Shown in pieces: positions 16,046-17,684 of a stretch of 17,684 nt of DNA (position 1 is its first letter; every line of letters starts with the position of its first letter). Source of the DNA: Candidatus Fraserbacteria bacterium (GTDB lineage: Bacteria; Bipolaricaulota; Bipolaricaulia; RBG-16-55-9); assembly GCA_037442925.1 (NCBI GenBank), contig JBBIPG010000048.1, forward strand, positions 1 to 17,684, written 5' to 3'. The notes beneath the pieces are model-generated. The model worked only from the letters and a program-made list of their open reading frames with translations. It was not told the DNA's origin and did not search any database. The translations under genes were made by a program, and so were the position numbers.

Positions 16046-16462
16046 TTAAGGGCCCGCTCGCCGCTGCCTCCGCACCTCCACGCGGATGCCTCTTCGTAAG
16101 GTGTTCGTCACAAGACAACCGCGCTCCGCGATCTGGATCACCTTAAGGAATGCCTCTTCATCGGAACTATCCCCATACACCTCCATGATGGCCGAGCCAA
16201 TATGTGCCGGAGCGTCACCGAGTTCACCCTGGACGACTACCTTTAGCCCGCTCACTGAAAGCTCACGGGCTTTCACCGCGGCAATGAGATTACTCATGAA
16301 ACAGCCTCCCAAGGCCAATAGGAGCAACTCTCCCCCCAGAGGTCCTCGATCTAAGCCTCCCTTGTCTTTGGGGCGATCGATGAGCACGCGATGAGTTCGA
16401 GCGATACCCTCAGAAGTCGGAGTTGCCTCCACTTGCCGCACTTCCACAGAAATTGTGGGCAT
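16046..16462 (-). CDS. OsmC/Ohr-family (YhfA-like) protein
   Basis: IDRPKDKGGLDRGPLGGELLLLALGGCF and second Cys in AERGCLVTNTL; GGAGG RBS; 25 nt downstream of the quinone reductase gene. Confidence 0.85.
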   Translation of the reverse strand: MPTISVEVRQVEATPTSEGIARTHRVLIDRPKDKGGLDRGPLGGELLLLALGGCFMSNLIAAVKARELSVSGLKVVVQGELGDAPAHIGSAIMEVYGDSSDEEAFLKVIQIAERGCLVTNTLRRGIRVEVRRQRRAGP

Positions 16463-16487
16463 ATTCTTCCTCCCAGTACCGTCGGTC

Positions 16488-17450
16488 TCAGGGAATCAGA
16501 ACGATTTTCCCATAGGCCCCAGGCTGAAGAACCAACTGATGAGCTTGCGTGGCCTCACGTAACGGTAGCTCGCGACCCACCACGGGTTGCAGGATCCCTC
16601 TTTCTAACCCAGCAGCAAGCGCAGCATGTATCTTGTCCCTATCCGGTTTAGACACATTGAACAGGGACATGCCTAAAATAGCTGCGTCGCGACTCATCGC
16701 GTCCCGAGGATTCATCTCTACTGGGCCGCGACTGCCGATGACCACCACACGTCCCTGCGGCGCTAAAATCCTCAAGTCTCTGCCCAGATTGACATTGGCG
16801 AGCATCTCGAGAATGACATCCACACCGCGGCCATTTGTCAATGCGAGCGCTTGTTCCAGATGATCCGCTTGGTGATGATCGAGCACATGGTGTGCGCCTT
16901 GTTCCGTTACGAGCTGTCGGCCCTTTTGTGTCCCAGCCGTGGCAATGACCTGCAAGCCAGCAGCCCGCGCCAACTGCACGGCAGCAATCCCCACGCCGCC
17001 GCTGGCACCATGGATCAAGACAGTCTCACCTGGAGTAGTCTTGCCTCTCTGGAAGAGCGCGCGATATGCCGTCGCATAGGGAATCCCGATGGCTGCGCCT
17101 TGCGAGAAAGACACCCGTTGCGGCAAAAGCTGCACTTGTGATTCGTCGCAGAGCGCCTGCTCCGCATACGCGCCACTGACCGTCCCGCTGCTATACACCC
17201 GATCGCCCACTTTCAAACGTGTAACCCCTTCCCCAACCCGCTCGATGACTCCCGCTGCATCATGGCCAGGAGTGTAAGGCAACGAGGGTTTGAAGGTGTA
17301 CGTGCCCGATCGAATATACGTATCCACCGGGTTGACACCTGCTGCCTTCACTCGAATCACAACCTGTCCTGGACCTGGCTGGAGATCTGGCAATTTTTCG
17401 AAGCTCATCACATCAGGATCACCGAACTTTGAGACGCGAATTGCCTGCAT
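16488..17450 (-). CDS. qor: NADPH:quinone reductase (zeta-crystallin/Qor, MDR superfamily)
   Basis: AAGVNPVDTYIRSG, LPYTPGHDAAG, GAYAE, IPYATAYRAL, nucleotide-binding HGASGGVGIAAVQLA, GVDVILEMLANVNL, GKIVL; GAGGTGAGGGA upstream. Confidence 0.92.
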   Translation of the reverse strand: MQAIRVSKFGDPDVMSFEKLPDLQPGPGQVVIRVKAAGVNPVDTYIRSGTYTFKPSLPYTPGHDAAGVIERVGEGVTRLKVGDRVYSSGTVSGAYAEQALCDESQVQLLPQRVSFSQGAAIGIPYATAYRALFQRGKTTPGETVLIHGASGGVGIAAVQLARAAGLQVIATAGTQKGRQLVTEQGAHHVLDHHQADHLEQALALTNGRGVDVILEMLANVNLGRDLRILAPQGRVVVIGSRGPVEMNPRDAMSRDAAILGMSLFNVSKPDRDKIHAALAAGLERGILQPVVGRELPLREATQAHQLVLQPGAYGKIVLIP

Positions 17451-17512
17451 TCATCCCTCACCTCGCTCCTGTCTTTGTGTATGATGGACCAAACCTTGGG
17501 AACCGGCCGCCG

Positions 17513-17542
17513 ATGATAACGACCAGGGTCTGCTGTTGTCAA
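17513..17542 (-). promoter_or_regulatory. Sigma70-type promoter for qor and the OsmC-family gene
   Basis: Minus strand TTGACA (17542-17537), 18 nt, TATCAT (17518-17513); about 60 nt upstream of the qor ATG. Confidence 0.6.
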
Positions 17543-17579
17543 CTTCACTCTCTACAGTGTACCAACCCCCTTGCTCCCT

Positions 17580-17639
17580 GTTGCCTCACCTAAGAAAGTA
17601 CTCGAAATGAGATTCGTTGCCTCACGTAAGAATGTACTC
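17580..17639. repeat. Two 24-bp direct repeats (22/24 identical), 36-bp period
   Basis: GTTGCCTCACCTAAGAAAGTACTC (17580-17603) and GTTGCCTCACGTAAGAATGTACTC (17616-17639), 12-nt spacer. Confidence 0.85.
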
Positions 17640-17684
17640 CAACTCCTTCCTCTCTTCCAGGCAGCGCACGGCTCTCTTGCGCTG

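Noticed and set aside
17580..17639. Mini CRISPR array
   Set aside because: Only two copies, the 12-nt spacer is far too short, and there are no cas genes in the window.
17622..17684. Partial CDS entering from the right edge on the minus strand
   Set aside because: All three minus frames are open over this short stretch and none is recognisable, so no gene can be called.

Overview
A gene-dense bacterial chromosomal window (roughly 55-60% GC by eye; taxon not assignable from sequence alone) with four blocks. (1) 136-8648 (+): a tightly coupled six-gene operon encoding an Opp/Dpp-family ABC substrate-binding protein, two permeases (no ATPase genes), a secreted ~800-aa protein built of ~18 HEAT-like ~34-aa repeats, and an OmpR-family regulator with a HAMP sensor kinase. 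(2) 8638-11906 (-): a sugar-phosphate operon pgi-rpiA-rpe. Its 5' end holds unannotated remnants of a glucokinase N-terminus and a transaldolase C-terminus, so it looks like a collapsed glk-tal/pgi operon. (3) 11968-16009 (+): a sigma70-like promoter, a ~190-nt leader containing a candidate Phe-codon leader peptide, then pheS, a 56-aa protein with four CxxCxGxG motifs, and pheT. (4) 16046-17450 (-): NADPH:quinone reductase (Qor/zeta-crystallin family) and an OsmC-family gene, with a promoter and a 24-bp direct repeat upstream. No rRNA, tRNA, CRISPR array or transposase was seen. Family assignments come from recognised motifs, not database searches.
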